Below the pieces are notes generated by a model. The model searched no databases and was not told the origin of the DNA. It was given only the letters and a program-made list of their open reading frames with translations. The position numbers and the translations under genes were made by a program. Shown piece by piece: positions 1 to 13,200 of a stretch of 64,000 bases of DNA. The stretch is from positions 26,526,213 through 26,590,212 of the forward strand of contig OZ234493.1 of assembly GCA_965153455.1 (NCBI GenBank), given 5' to 3'. Within the stretch, counting starts at the first letter, position 1. Each line of letters begins with the position of its first letter. The stretch comes from Sphagnum compactum. Taxonomy: Eukaryota.

Positions 1-131
1 AATACTTGGATAGCAACTTGCATTTTGAGAGAAAAAACCAAAGCAAGGATTTCAAAGAACCTTCCCATGTAGTTTTTCATTTTAGAAGGACATATAAACT
101 AATGTGTAGAAGGTTCTATTTAGAAGTAAGG

Positions 132-555
132 TGTTAATGGACAAAGTATACACTTCTAGAAAAACATGTACACAAAAATCTCATTATTCATATGCATGCA
201 TGTTCAAATTAGACACAATGTATAGATTCAATTTCAAAAGGCAACAAGACAACTTTATGACTATTATTGCAAATGAACAAGAATACAAAAGATTCAAACT
301 CACCTCCTTATATAGACTAGGTGGTTCTTCCTAATAATTAAAGTAATTCCTTAACACTAATTCAAATATGGAGCACTAACTAATAACTAAAGTAGTTATC
401 TAATACCAATTCAAATATGAAACATTAACTAGTAACTAAAGTAGTTACCTAATGAAGTAGAAACTAATATATTAATTAATAATTTTTATTTAAAATTTAT
501 CAAATTTTGATTTAATACATATAAAGGTCATATCTGTACTTAATACATGGTAACA
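132..555. mobile_element. Probable solo LTR / LTR-like relic
   Basis: Starts TGTTAA (132) and ends GTAACA (555). Contains about 49-bp internal tandem repeats (about 345-450). Shares motifs (TTATATAGnnTAGGTGGTT; TGTACnTAATACATG) with 54469-54877. No clean target-site duplication (TSD). Confidence 0.4.
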
Positions 556-895
556 TTTAACCTTGGGGGGGACACTTAATGTAAAGTTTGGGATTTATGT
601 GTGTCAAACGACCATTTTTAAAGGGGGGATTAAATAATTGTCCAACCTATTTTTTATCACCTTATTATTATCACATATTAAAACCACCCTATATGAATTA
701 TAATCCATTATTTCCGATTATTGCATACCCTATGTTATAATTAAATTGATTATTTGAATTAAATATACTCTATTTTTTATTTAGTTAACTTATAAAGTTT
801 ACCCAACAACCAATATATTGCACCCTATATTTTTACTCACTTATTTTTTAAATGTTTTTTTACTAATGTCCCCCTTGGGCATTTAACTTAACACC

Positions 896-1160
896 ATAAT
901 TGCAAATTTTGATTTAACACTTAAAAGCTTGAATTTTCTACTTAACATTTGATTAATTAAATAATTACAAATTTTGATTTAACACTTAAAAAGGTCAAAT
1001 TTGTACTTAACATCTTAATAAATAATTACAAAATTGAACATAACATTTTAAAAAATAAAAATTGTATTTGATATACATTAACATTTTATTAATAATTAAA
1101 TATTAAAAATTATAAAAACTTAATTTATGCTAAATACATGTTCATAATTACAAATGATCA
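896..1160. repeat. Degenerate AT-rich tandem repeat, about 60-65 bp unit
   Basis: ATAATTRCAAATTTTGATTTAACACTTAAAA at about 896 and 961, with weaker copies at about 1022 and 1144. Confidence 0.6.
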
Positions 1161-4100
1161 TTTATAAAAATTAAATCAATGGTTACTACAAGGTTAAAAT
1201 AATGAATTCTTCCCCTTTGGTCCACCTATATGTGTGAAGAAAGAAAAATGTTGTGTAAAACATATGGGATTAAAGTGAGGTTTGGAAACATTAATAAGGT
1301 TTCCTAAGTTCAAGTTTTATTCTTTTTACAATTAGTCACATTGATTAGCCCATCACCCAAAATAACTCTAACAATGGAGTTTCTTAAATCATCATGTTTT
1401 ATTACTAGTTGAAAAAAATCATTATTAATTTAAGTAATTCATTATAATAATAAAATTTTAAAAATGTTTTTGATTTAAATACTTTAGATTATTGTACCCT
1501 GGGTTATTAATGTTATTATATCTTAAGTTATTTTAAAGTTAGTTTGCTTTATGTTATTTTTGACTTTTTTGATTATTCTAGGCTATTTTATCTTAAGTTA
1601 TTATAAAATATTATTAACTACTTTAAACCAATCTAGTTATTTTAGGTTATTCCACCCCCCGAGCCATTTTAAGCTATCTGCTTTAGGTTTAAGAAAATAT
1701 TAAAAATTATTTCAACTTTGACAATTTTAGTTTATTTTCAGATATTATGAGCTATTACACCTTAGTTTATTTTTCCACCTTTTTTTCCATATTTTTTCAA
1801 ATTAAATATATGAGAATTTATTTTTGAAGTCTTTTCAAAGGTTTACGCATGAACAATAAATAAATATACAAAATTTTAGACAATTTGAAGGAAAACACAT
1901 TTGAATTCCATTTTTTAATAGCAACTCACAAAATATTTCTTCTTGAGAAAATTTGATTTGACAAGTTGCAACTTTTGTTTATGCAAAACAGTTTATGGTT
2001 AACATCAATAAAATGTAAAATTTTAATAATAATAATCTTTCATATTGCATTACAAATTCAACAATATATTACGTCAAGGAAAAATATTATATTAGGTTTT
2101 AGTTATAATAATTTTAAATCTATTGACTGTTACATGTTAAGTACTAGATATTAGATATAATGTACATATGAATAGATAATAACATTATGGACAAGCCTTT
2201 TCAATGTAATATAATGCAAACTAACACTATAAATTGAACTTATTATATCTAGCTAACATTATAATTTGGTATACATTACATCACATTACATCACATTACA
2301 TACATTAAACATACATTGATAATTTTATACTTAAATGCAATGCAATATATGAATTAACAACAACTTATAAAATTATATCCAATATTAAAATAGTTATTTT
2401 GAATAATATAAAAAACTGACATTACTGAATTGTTCACCCTAGTGAATTGCTTCCACTAAAGGTGGACATAAATGACTCAAGGTAAAAATTTCACAAGGGT
2501 TGGGGCTAGTATGCTTGAACTTTGAAGGATGAGGTTGGGTCTATGTCTCTAGTGATCAATGAATTCTCGGCCAGGACCTTCACAATCGTATATGTTTGTC
2601 TTTGATTGTAGTGATGTTTGTCTTCATCGCATGTGGGAGAGAGGCAAGGCAAAAGGTGCTTGAGCCTCTCCACCTTCAAAGTCCGGAACTTGAAATGGGT
2701 GTCTCTTTTTATATAACTTATGGACCCTAATGATATGTACTAGACATGACAAGCAGAATCGAGTTGCACTTGGATCAAAGTGTATCAACATCAATTGTAT
2801 TTTTGTCGCCTTTTCTGGGGATGTGAAGTTCTACTTGGCTTTCTGAGTTAAAACATTCAAAAAACTAAAACTTTGAGGGTTAAGAATATTAACTTATGGA
2901 CAGTGGGGCAGCCCTATTGCCCCCTTCAAAATGTCCTTGAAAGTGTTAATCTTCAGATAGTAAAAAACGTTTTTTAATGCATAATAGAGTGTTTTGTGGA
3001 ATTATTCATTAGGGGTTCAAAATAAGTCGAAATGGTTTGATAAGCATTAAATTGTTTAATTACTTTGCATTGGGTCCCAAAGTCAAAATTCATTTATTTA
3101 TTTATTTATTTTTATTTTCATTTTCACAGGTGCTAAAAAAGAATTTGGTCTTGGATGTGATTTTCAATGCAAAATTTGACATAAGCAATCAAAAAATGGT
3201 TGATAGCAAAATTGCATTAAATGTAAATCATAGCAAAATCCAATAATTTCATGTTAAGTTTTTGTTGTTTGATCAAAAATTTTAAGACTTCATAAATAAT
3301 AAGAATGAGGAGGATGATAAAATGGAGAGGATACCCAAAAAAAAGAGGCTGGACTGGATACATTTATTAAAAAAAACTTGAATCTATGCTTTAAAAAGTT
3401 TATGAATTCTCCCCTACACGTTGTTGTATAGAGGATTAGAAAAGACTCAAAATTTCTCGACCCAAAGCTAGCAACAAACTTATGAGGCAGATGTTCATAT
3501 TGATGAATTATTTTCATGTGGGGTAATGCCCAAGGCTGTGGGCATTATCAGAACAAGGGTGTGTGCAAGGCTGAGCCAAATGCATTACTTTTGCTTGGTA
3601 AGTGTTCCTCCACATGTGCTACAAATCTTGTCAGAGGTTTTTCTGCATGGCTGAAAATAAACAGAAGCAACCTCTATCTAGGAGCTCTTAGGGAGCAATA
3701 TAGGTATGAGTTCTCTGCGACTCAACATTCCTTTTCTTCTCCTTCAATTCGTGGGAAACTTATAAGGCATGTGACTTGTGCTGTATTCACTCCAGAATGC
3801 TCACACAGCAAGCTTGATCACCAGCTCTTTCTGGTAACTAAGTCCTGTTGTTCCACAGTAGAAGTGTACCATTCATGAGCCTTAACACACACCCAACAAA
3901 AAAAGGAAGTTTGAAAAAGAAAATCTTCAGTTGCAGTATTTTGATAAACAACAACAACATGGCCTGCTGTCTTAGTCTCACGTATGTTGAGTGACTGAGG
4001 AGTGGTACCCTGTAGCCTTGAGAACAAAGTTTGTTGGTTGTGACTTGTGACTTTTGTATGCAGCCTAAAGTAAGTAACTCAGATCCTCACACCCAAACAA

Positions 4101-4595
4101 GAGATTCTTGGTACAAGCTTCATTCAATCAAAATCAAATATCCGAAGAAAGTGCAGCAACATGAATTGCCACTCATGTTAAAGTGGCACCCTATGCACTG
4201 ATTGATGTAATTTCATACGATTTATTATTATTGTTTTAGCCTGTTCTGTAGTTTCGATATGAATTTACAAGTGTTGTGTGTACTATGAACTTATTGCTAT
4301 TGTAATTATACAGGCCTCTGGCCACTATGCTCACTCTTATTGGCTCGATACTCTTATACAATCACAACATGCTGTTGATTGTATAAGAGTATTGATAACT
4401 TTCACCATAAGTTCATGACTACTCATAAAATGTACACTCATGAAAGTTGGGTACAGTTGCAATAAAGTTAATCTTTGAAGTAATATCCATTTGCACCCGA
4501 CCAGGTTGAAATAGCCACTCATGGTGGGAAATTACTTGGACATGAGATGGTGGATGACAGTAAGCCTTTTTGGTTCATGCGTTCCTCAAGAGCTT

Positions 4596-4673
4596 TTTTG
4601 GTTCATTGTGTTCTCAATGGTCATTCTCACATGAGGAACAAGTAACATCCATTGAGAACACAATGAACCAAAA
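4596..4673. repeat. Perfect 25-bp inverted repeat (fold-back hairpin, 28-nt loop)
   Basis: TTTTGGTTCATTGTGTTCTCAATGG (4596-4620) is the exact reverse complement of CCATTGAGAACACAATGAACCAAAA (4649-4673). Confidence 0.9.
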
Positions 4674-4820
4674 GGCTTCGATTAACATTACATACATTCT
4701 TCTGTTGTACACTATTCAAGTGTGGAGACTATAGAAGGCAGTAGGCTGAAATAAGAAAGCTAACCTATAATGAAAAGATCTGGGATTAAAAATAAGTGGC
4801 CATTGTGTTATTACATTATA

Positions 4821-5505
4821 TAGGGTAAACCAGCTGGTGACTGAAGACTTAAGCGCTCAGGGCAGGCCGAATCAAAGGGGAGGGGTTCATTAGTGGAGGT
4901 AGGCCTGAGGGCTCAAAACAACGCAATCTGAATTTTCAGGGCGCCATGTGGCATCAATTTTTTGTTTCTGGTGTCCAAAAAAAACTTGAATCCTTCCTAT
5001 TGATGCATCTGACTTATTTAAAATTGTCAAAAATGAAATAGAATTGAGAAAGTTAGGGTCCCCTCAAAGTAGAGGGGGTCAAGAACTCAAAAAAACAAAA
5101 CACTGAATGCTACAAAGGCCAGTTCTTGAACACTCAAAAAATTCTTTGTATGTTGCTCTCTTGTTATTAGAGTTCCAAAATGATTTACAATACTTCAAGT
5201 GACGTTCCTATAGCACTTTAAATCGTTTAAAATGAATAAGAAAAATAATGGTTATGAGGTTTGAAAGTAGGCAGGGTCAAAATGAAGAAAAAAACAAAAA
5301 AAAGTGTTTTGCAATTCAAAAAAATATATTTTCTTTACAACTCTTTTTTTAGCTGCTCCTTGGCTTTGCATTTGCAAGATGATTTATAGAGCTTGAAAAG
5401 GTGCTCCTATAACATTTTAAATCACTCAAAATGAAGAAGAATTGAGAAAGATCTGCCAAACTGTTCGATCGCACCTAGGCAATTGATGATGGCCGGTTTA
5501 CCCTA
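4821..5505. mobile_element. Non-autonomous TIR element (MITE-like)
   Basis: Ends TAGGGTAAACCAGC and GCCGGTTTACCCTA are inverted repeats. It splits one copy of a small local duplication (CATTGTGTTA..CATTAT|ATTTTTGGCCATGGTGCACC) whose uninterrupted twin is at about 5555-5610. Confidence 0.65.
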
Positions 5506-6269
5506 ATTTTTGGCCATGGTGCACCATGAAAATGGGTATGTCAAATCTAGCGGTCATTGTGTTACATTATGTAACATTTTTGGTCATGGTGCACCCTGAA
5601 AATGGGTATTGTAACACTACCAATTGGTGCATGGCCCAATTATCATCCATGTAGGTTATTAATCTTTAAGCACATACAAAATATAAAAACAGATTTTTAA
5701 AAAAACCTTATAATTGGCTAATAACTCACACGATAACAAAATGATTATCAACCATTTGATAACCGATTCTTGTGCATAACTAATTTTTATTACCCAATTT
5801 TTTTGAGAATGTACCTAGCAACCAATTTGTATATATTGATAACTTATGTGATCAGAACTTGGACCCGGCCTTAGAACTGGACCTGATGGGTCGACATGAA
5901 TGTGAACCCGGTTAAGAATTGGACCTGGAAAATCTTTTGGGTTTTTTTTCATAAGGTCTAGGTCTTAGGGTTAGGTAAGGGCTAAGGTCCTAGGTTTAGA
6001 TAGGGTTTAATCAAAATCCAAAAAAATTGAAAATTGCTTAGAAATCAAAGGTTTTTACAAAGGTTAGACTTGCTGAATTCAGAACTGTTGATCAAGAAAA
6101 TTTGACGCAGCCCTAGAACCAACATGTTTTTTATTTTTGAAAATATTCTCTCGACCCAAAACCAAAGGATCTTCCATTACAAAAAAAATTTTAAAAAAAA
6201 AAAAACTCTTGACCCAGTCTGGGTGGTTCTTGAAAAAACCAAGAACTGGCCAACACTGGTTTGGACTAA

Positions 6270-6484
6270 AGGTGCATTCACACTTGGTGTTAGGGGCTTT
6301 AGTGTTGAGTCCCCTTACATCACGCTAGTCATTTAGGACTTAAACCAAAATTACCATGAAGATTTTATGTTAAGTTAACATTCACTTAAACATTAAGTTA
6401 TCACCTATTTAACATTGCATGCCACCTAGGATGCCACCTAAATTTTATTTTAACGCTGACTGAACATCAAGTGTGAACACACCT
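6270..6484. mobile_element. PIF/Harbinger-type (Tourist-like) MITE
   Basis: Terminal inverted repeats (TIRs) AGGTGCATTCACACTTGGTGTT and AACATCAAGTGTGAACACACCT. TAA on both flanks (6267-6269, 6485-6487). Confidence 0.8.
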
Positions 6485-6833
6485 TAAGGCAGTCCATCTT
6501 ATCATCCTATTGCATACATGTGTCTGTCTATTCTGCTTACACCAATGTCCTACCTACGGTTAAAAGGCAAGTCATCTTTACAACTGGAAACAGTGAGGAT
6601 CAGGGTATCGATTACTGACCAAACGTTGTCAGATTTCGCACCCAGAACACTGAAGTGTAAGGTAGGGATTGAGAACGGGCTCGGGAACAAGGGCCCGTGG
6701 TGTGAACTAGCGCCCACGATCCACTGAATGCCTGTAAACAACTCAGTTGTGGATGAACCTCAACTGAGTTAATATCTGGTTCCACTTCCACTTTGGTAAC
6801 GCATTGTGGAAGAAGAAAGTACTATATAATGGT

Positions 6834-6850
6834 AAACCCTAAACCCTAAA
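6834..6850. repeat. Short interstitial plant telomere motif (telo-box-like)
   Basis: AAACCCTAAACCCTAAA. A similar GGTTTAGGGTTTAGGG is at about 24834. Confidence 0.6.
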
Positions 6851-7215
6851 TCTACTAACAGCCTACTAGTGGCAAATAGTTAGTAGGTGGTGAAAGAAGC
6901 AACTGAGCTAACCACCCTGGTTAGCTAGGGAACTGGAACCCGACAGAAAATTGTTTGCTGACCATTTACCATCCATTATGGTGCGCTAGTGGGTGCTGGT
7001 TCACTCTGGCCTGTGCAAGGAAGGAGCTGAGTGCTGGACCCAAAAGCTGTGATTCATTTGAGAGGAGAGGAGGCACCTTCTGCTTAAGCCTTATGTAGTA
7101 TAATGTGCCTTTTTTTTTCAGTCATCCTTCTGTTTAGGCCAAAAAAAAATGTATCAAGGGTAAGGCACCCTTCACATACATTTAGAAAAATTCTACCAGT
7201 CCTTTACATGTACAA

Positions 7216-7309
7216 TAAAGCCCTAGGGTGGGGGTGTTCTTAAAATAAGGGGCCTAGGATGAGGCAATAGGCCCATTATTTTGAAAATGTCCCCCACCCT
7301 AGGGCTTTA
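7216..7309. repeat. 94-bp fold-back mini-element / long hairpin
   Basis: TAAAGCCCTAGGGTGGGGG (7216-7234) is perfectly inverted at 7291-7309. The stem continues imperfectly inward to GGCCTA/TAGGCC around an 11-nt loop. Confidence 0.85.
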
Positions 7310-8910
7310 CCCATCACAAAGTAGAAGGTGAACAATATCATGAACTTAAACGCATGTAAATCATGTGACATACGAGGGGGAGGATTCACCTACTCCTTTA
7401 GAGAGAGGGAGTTTATGCCTATAAGTACTCATCTTTTCCCTCTCATTGTTAACAAGAAGGTGTAAAATTCCTCATCGTTTCTTTTGGAGGGCAGGGGATA
7501 TTCATAGATAAGGTGGTCTACAAATACACTATGAAATTTCTCAGAGTGCTGTAGAAGGCTGGCATAGTTTTTGAATCAAAATCACTAAATGGTTAGAAAC
7601 CCTTTCCTCCTCTTTTGCTAAAGCCAGTATATACTTGTAATACTGTATTTGTATGTATAGCTCTGGTACATGCATTTAAAGCTACTAGCTGAGGCATACA
7701 GCCACCATGAAGGCTACTTCTCAACATCCCTTTAGAAAAACCACCACTGGTACGAAGAGGAGAGGGGGACTTACGATGACTTCCTAACCCCAGCCAGATA
7801 TATGGTTCCCGGCAAAATACGAGAACTCAACCAAAGGGTCCCTGTCGTCCTTGGAGAGCAAACATGAAACACGGACCTAGCTAACAAACATTGACATCAA
7901 GACAATATGTACATGTATAATACAGCCCTGCTTCCCAGACAGAACTGCTTGGAAAATTTCAATGGGGGGCCGGCCACTACTGGTAGTATAAGTTTGTTGG
8001 AGACCTTCGGCTTTTTGAAACCAATAATGTAGACCATTTTTCCAAGAGGTGTCCAAAATTTGTGCTGGACAATCCCAACAACTGGAACACATATGTGCTT
8101 TTCCAAGGGTACTCATTCATGTGTACTTTACTTCCTGCAGCAAGGCCAAGCTCACTTAGCTGCCTACTAATAATAATAAGAGCAGGATGCAATTTTGATG
8201 TGGACCTCACACTCGGGCACAATTCCTTTTGCAAAAGCTTTTGCATGCATTGTTGTCAACTGACTATAATATTAGCACTTGAATGTCAAAGAAGAATCAA
8301 GCCCAGAAACAAACCTCCAATCAAATACCCAGCTATTTTGATACTCTGGCAAGGCCCAGGATTGGGGAACCTGCAGCAGCATGCCTTGAGGCAAGAGTGA
8401 AGATTAGTTTCCCTCAGAACCAGTGACCCCTCTTGCTTGCACTGCACAGCTTGGGGGGAGTGGAAGAACAAACAACAAAACCTATATGGTATGATGTGTA
8501 CATATATATCAGCAATGTTCATGATTATGGCAGCAACTTTACAGGGAAGCTTAAGCATTTCCCCTGGCTGTGAGATGGGTTTATTCTCACTATTACAAAA
8601 TGTGGGCGCAGTTCATTAGTCCCTCTTTACTAGAATAGTGAATTCATTACATTCCCAATAAGTCTTAGTTCATTACAACCAATGAATTCACTTAAAATTT
8701 AGTGAAATCACTTAATATACAAAGACACCTTTTGTTGTCCCTATATGCCAAGTGATTTCCCTAGCCTAAAAATCATGTGCCAAATGGTGGCCCTGTATGA
8801 ATTTGTGTTATTAAGTCTGCAGACTAGTAAAGTTATGGCATGTGCAACCCAAACATTTGCTTGTCAAGCTTGAAGCATTTACTTAATATTAGGGAATTTT
8901 TCTGTTGTAA

Positions 8911-9270
8911 GAGCATCTCCACCGGTGCTCAGTATGTCACTCAGGATAATAAAATTAAATGTCTAAGTTTAGCTTTTTTTTTGTGGCAACCCACCAATAG
9001 AACTGTAACTGGAACTGCATATACGTGGGAACTACTAGTAGCAAACCACCTGGACCAATCATTATGATTTTTCTGAGCGGCAGTCAGGTCCAATTTATTA
9101 CTCTTTTTTTTGGAGGTGCACAATTGTGTTGTGCCTTTTTATCAGCCACGGCAAGCTGCACGAATTTGGTGCAGAAAAACCAATTTCCTGAGCCAAACCG
9201 GCACATTTTGACTTTTTCACAATAGATTTTACTGTCTGGAGTCACGTACCAAGCACCGGTGGAAATGATC
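8911..9270. mobile_element. PIF/Harbinger MITE, GAGCATCTCC family, copy 1
   Basis: TIRs GAGCATCTCCACCGGTGCT and AGCACCGGTGGAAATGATC. TAA TSD (8908-8910, 9271-9273). The interior matches 38950-39315 in opposite orientation. Confidence 0.9.
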
Positions 9271-9882
9271 TAACAACCTTGTAGTGTAAATTCCCTAACT
9301 GCAATTTCCTGCCAGGTCAGGTTCACGCAGGGAGGTTTTGATGTACAATCTTTGCTAGCAAACATTGACCACGTATTTCAATCAATTTAAGCCGTAGAAT
9401 TGATGGAGGTCCTCAGTTGTTGTTACACCAGGGAAGGCCCTGCTATATACTGGGGGACTGTCGTTGGTTCCCTGGGTGCTCTTTTGCATTAAAGAGAGTA
9501 TGTTGGCGAGAACAACATTAGAAGCTCTTGTGAACATGAGGGGGTATCTTAAAACCCTTTGAAATCAAGGGGTCGAACTGAGCGCCTTATTTCACCCTGA
9601 CTTGATCTCAAATCTAGAAAAAATGAAGATATTTGTTCTTGGGGTTAAGATATTCCACCACATTTATATTGACCCCAATGTCATGTCATTTGCAAACTCA
9701 ATTTTTACCCCTTTTTGTGTTCATGGGATAGTAAGGGTTAGTTTATCCCTTTTACTATCATGGTGTGAATCGAGCATAAGTTAGGTGAGATAAACATTGA
9801 TGGAGGCTGAAATAGGGGGTGTGGGTGGGGATGCTATTACATTATGGGTCTTTCTGGTATTCTGCAAATTATTCACGATTTA

Positions 9883-10257
9883 GAGCATCTCCAGTGGTGC
9901 TCAGTATGTGATCCTGCACGGTGAAATGTGATGAAGAAAAGTCCAAATATGCTGGATTGGCTCACGAAAATGATTTTGGCTCAGCATAATTGCACAGTTT
10001 GCGGTGACTAGTAAACGGGGCGGCAACACTGTGCACCTGTAGAAAAGAGTGTAATAAATATGATCTGATGGCTGCTCAGTGATTCTGATTGGCCCATCAT
10101 AATAGTTAGTCCACATGGTTTCCTATAAGTAGTCCCCCACCTATTTGCTGTTCCAGTTTCAGTTTTATGGGTGGGGTTGCAAAAAAGTAAATAACTAAAC
10201 CTGGATGTGAAAAAATATTTTTGCAAGGTCACATACTGAGCACCACTGGAGATGTTC
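9883..10257. mobile_element. PIF/Harbinger MITE, GAGCATCTCC family, copy 2
   Basis: 29-bp TIRs GAGCATCTCCAGTGGTGCTCAGTATGTGA and TCACATACTGAGCACCACTGGAGATGTTC. TTA TSD (9880-9882, 10258-10260). Confidence 0.9.
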
Positions 10258-13200
10258 TTATGCGTTGAAGATGTTGCCAAAGGTCAAGGATAGAGATGTG
10301 ACTTGTTGAATTTCAGATCAAATGGCATCATTTAACAAAGAATTTCCAAGCTACAGTCTATGTTCAGGCCACATCAAGATCTCACCTGTTGGATCTCCTA
10401 CTCCAAGCCGTTTTTGTGCTCAGATTGACTTGGACTAGCAATCTTCACAAACAAGCATGATGACCGCACAAAGCAGAGTTGATGCAACCTTTTAGCCGCA
10501 AGTGAGGAATACATGGGCTACAAATATGGACTCAAGACCTTGAAAATGTGTGTGATGCCCAGTTCATGTGACCTTCTGGTTTAGATCTTTCTTCTATCTT
10601 AGGACAAAAATGCATGTCATATGTGTGTTATTGTAAGGTGGCACCATGCAACTAGTATCAAACTAATAACTTAAACATTGGGTAGGCCTCAAGGCCATCT
10701 TGCAAGAGGCCATGTTGTAGTTAATCAATAGGCTTGATGCTAAAGGCTATCATAATTCGTTGGTCCTAGCTGTTTTGATGTGTGAGAATTTAGGGGCTTC
10801 AAAGGCATTATCCAAAGATTAAGCAACAAAATTGCCTTCATTGTTGTGTTTCTAATGTGTCCATCTTCTATGAATAACAACAACCATGATCAAGTTGAGA
10901 GACACTCTTAATCACATTAAGAGTGTAACTTGGTCCATCACCAAGTAGAATATCGAAATGTCGTGTAATTTCACAAACAATTGACAATACCTTTTTAACC
11001 ACATACTAGGACCCATGTATCCATGTCTTTTGTAGAAGAATGGAGTAAACATTTGATGTCAATTCCTATTCACCATGTAGCTTTTTTTAGCGGGGTGGTT
11101 ATGATTTGGTCTTATCGTTTCTTTGAACTTTGTATGATTACCTATACTTGTAAAATTCTGCAAAACCTGAACTTTGGGACTAATTAGTTTATCTAAATTC
11201 AACCTTTCATAAATGTCAATTATCAACCATGGAAGTCATGTGATAAAGGTAGAACAACTTGTAGTTTGTCATGATTCATTTTTTTAATTGTATGACAAGA
11301 TAGTTCACCATGGTGCCACCTCACCACAATTTTGTATGACCAATATTTTGAAAGCTTATTAGGCCTTTTGGATTTGATTAAACATATTTCATGGTCAAAA
11401 TTAAATACTGCTAAGGTAATTACATGTAGTGTGAGTCATTGAATGGGTGTTGTAATTTCAACTATTTTGATTTTATGGCCAATAGGATTTCAAAAGCCTT
11501 GGAATTAGGTTAGACAACAAATTGTATTGAGATTGACAACATTTAATGCAAACTTAGAAATAACATGAAAATAAACATAACAAAATATCCAAAAGTTTAC
11601 TTCCTCCTATAGTTTGAAAAGTGTCATGTAATGGTGGTGAGAAAAATGAGGAGTCCATTTATCAATTAATATCAAATTATTATGCATTAATTTTCATTGT
11701 GAGTAATTTTTGTTGTTATTTGTTAATAACATTATCTCGGTTAGTGAGAATACATTGATATGATGTGTGATTTGCATGTGGGAAATGAAAATGAACTATA
11801 AAATTAAAATTCTATAGAGCTTAAAAAGACTAAAAGTCATATATCATATTAGTGAAAAATAGTAATGAATGGATTAGCATATACAGATGAAGCTTATAAA
11901 ATATTGTTGTGACACAAAGTGGTAGATTTTATGCGTGATAAAAAGTGCAAAATGGTTATAAAACTAGAACTAGACTTTGTTACCTTCCAAATTGAAAGGG
12001 ATAATCACATTCTTGGAAGCATTTGGAAGTAGTTAAAAAAAAGGAAATCTATGCAATTACATTTACTAAGTTTGGCCTAATTTTTGTATAACATGTCTAA
12101 AAAATGGTATGTTTGACCACACAATTTTTTTGCAATCATATAATACATAAATCCTTATTGGTTTGTAGAATTGCAAATAAGGTATTCCAAGTGATTGAAT
12201 CAAATTCAAATATGTTTCCACCAAAGTCAAATATGGATTGTGAAAGTAAGCAAATGTGGGACATGAATAACAAGGACTCATCCACAATGCCAAATTTGGA
12301 TTGATCCACAAAAGGTGCCACACCAAAGCAATGAAGATTCAACTAGTTTCAATAATGTTAGGAGGATTGAACCTTATATGATTGAAACAAAGATGGAAGT
12401 TCAAGGGATCCTATTGCACATAAATAATACAATGGCCAAGTAAACAAGAGATCTTCCACTTGGTGATGAAACGTGATATTCCTAGACTATATTTATACAC
12501 ATTATGAAAGCACAAATGGCAACCATAGAACCAAATTTGCACAAGTTCACAACGAGAGGAGTTTGAAGGTCATTATGTGACATGAAGATGACATTTGAAG
12601 GTGTAAAAACATCAATACAACATGGGAACCATCAAAATTAACTATGTATAATTTGGCACAACATCATGAAAGTCACAAACATTTTTTACAATTGACCTCA
12701 AGTTCACAACCTCAAGTTTATGCCAACATACAAGATCTTGTAGATTGCTTCATAGATAGATTTGATGATTATAGATGTCAAAGGTGTCTTGTCCCATTGG
12801 ACAAATGACATTGTAGTTGTAGGCGAAACTCCAAATCACATTAGGCACCTACATCAAGACAAGTTTTGTTATTCAAAATCATAGACTCAAATAAACGTAA
12901 ATCATCAAAGTTGCAATGTACACAAAAAATTATCATTATGTTGCAAAATTGGTGCACATATGAATATTTAATTTTCCAACAAAGAATTTTTTTTATTTGC
13001 AAGGCCTTGAAGCATCATTGTAATTACAACAAAAGGATTAAGAAATATTAATTTTAATGAGAATTTTTACATGAAATATTACATACAAAATGACAACCAT
13101 AAAAAACAATCTTCCCCATCAAAAAACTTCAATCTTTTTTTAAGTTGTGGGGTTCAAATTAGATGACTTAAAAAATGGTCATTAGTACATTATGATATGA

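Noticed and set aside
5955..6010. Telomere or chromosome-fusion scar
   Set aside because: Only a few degenerate TTAGGG-like units; too short to support the claim.
6740..6770. Rho-independent terminator
   Set aside because: Eukaryotic DNA, no U-tract and no upstream gene. Noted only as a 10-bp inverted repeat.
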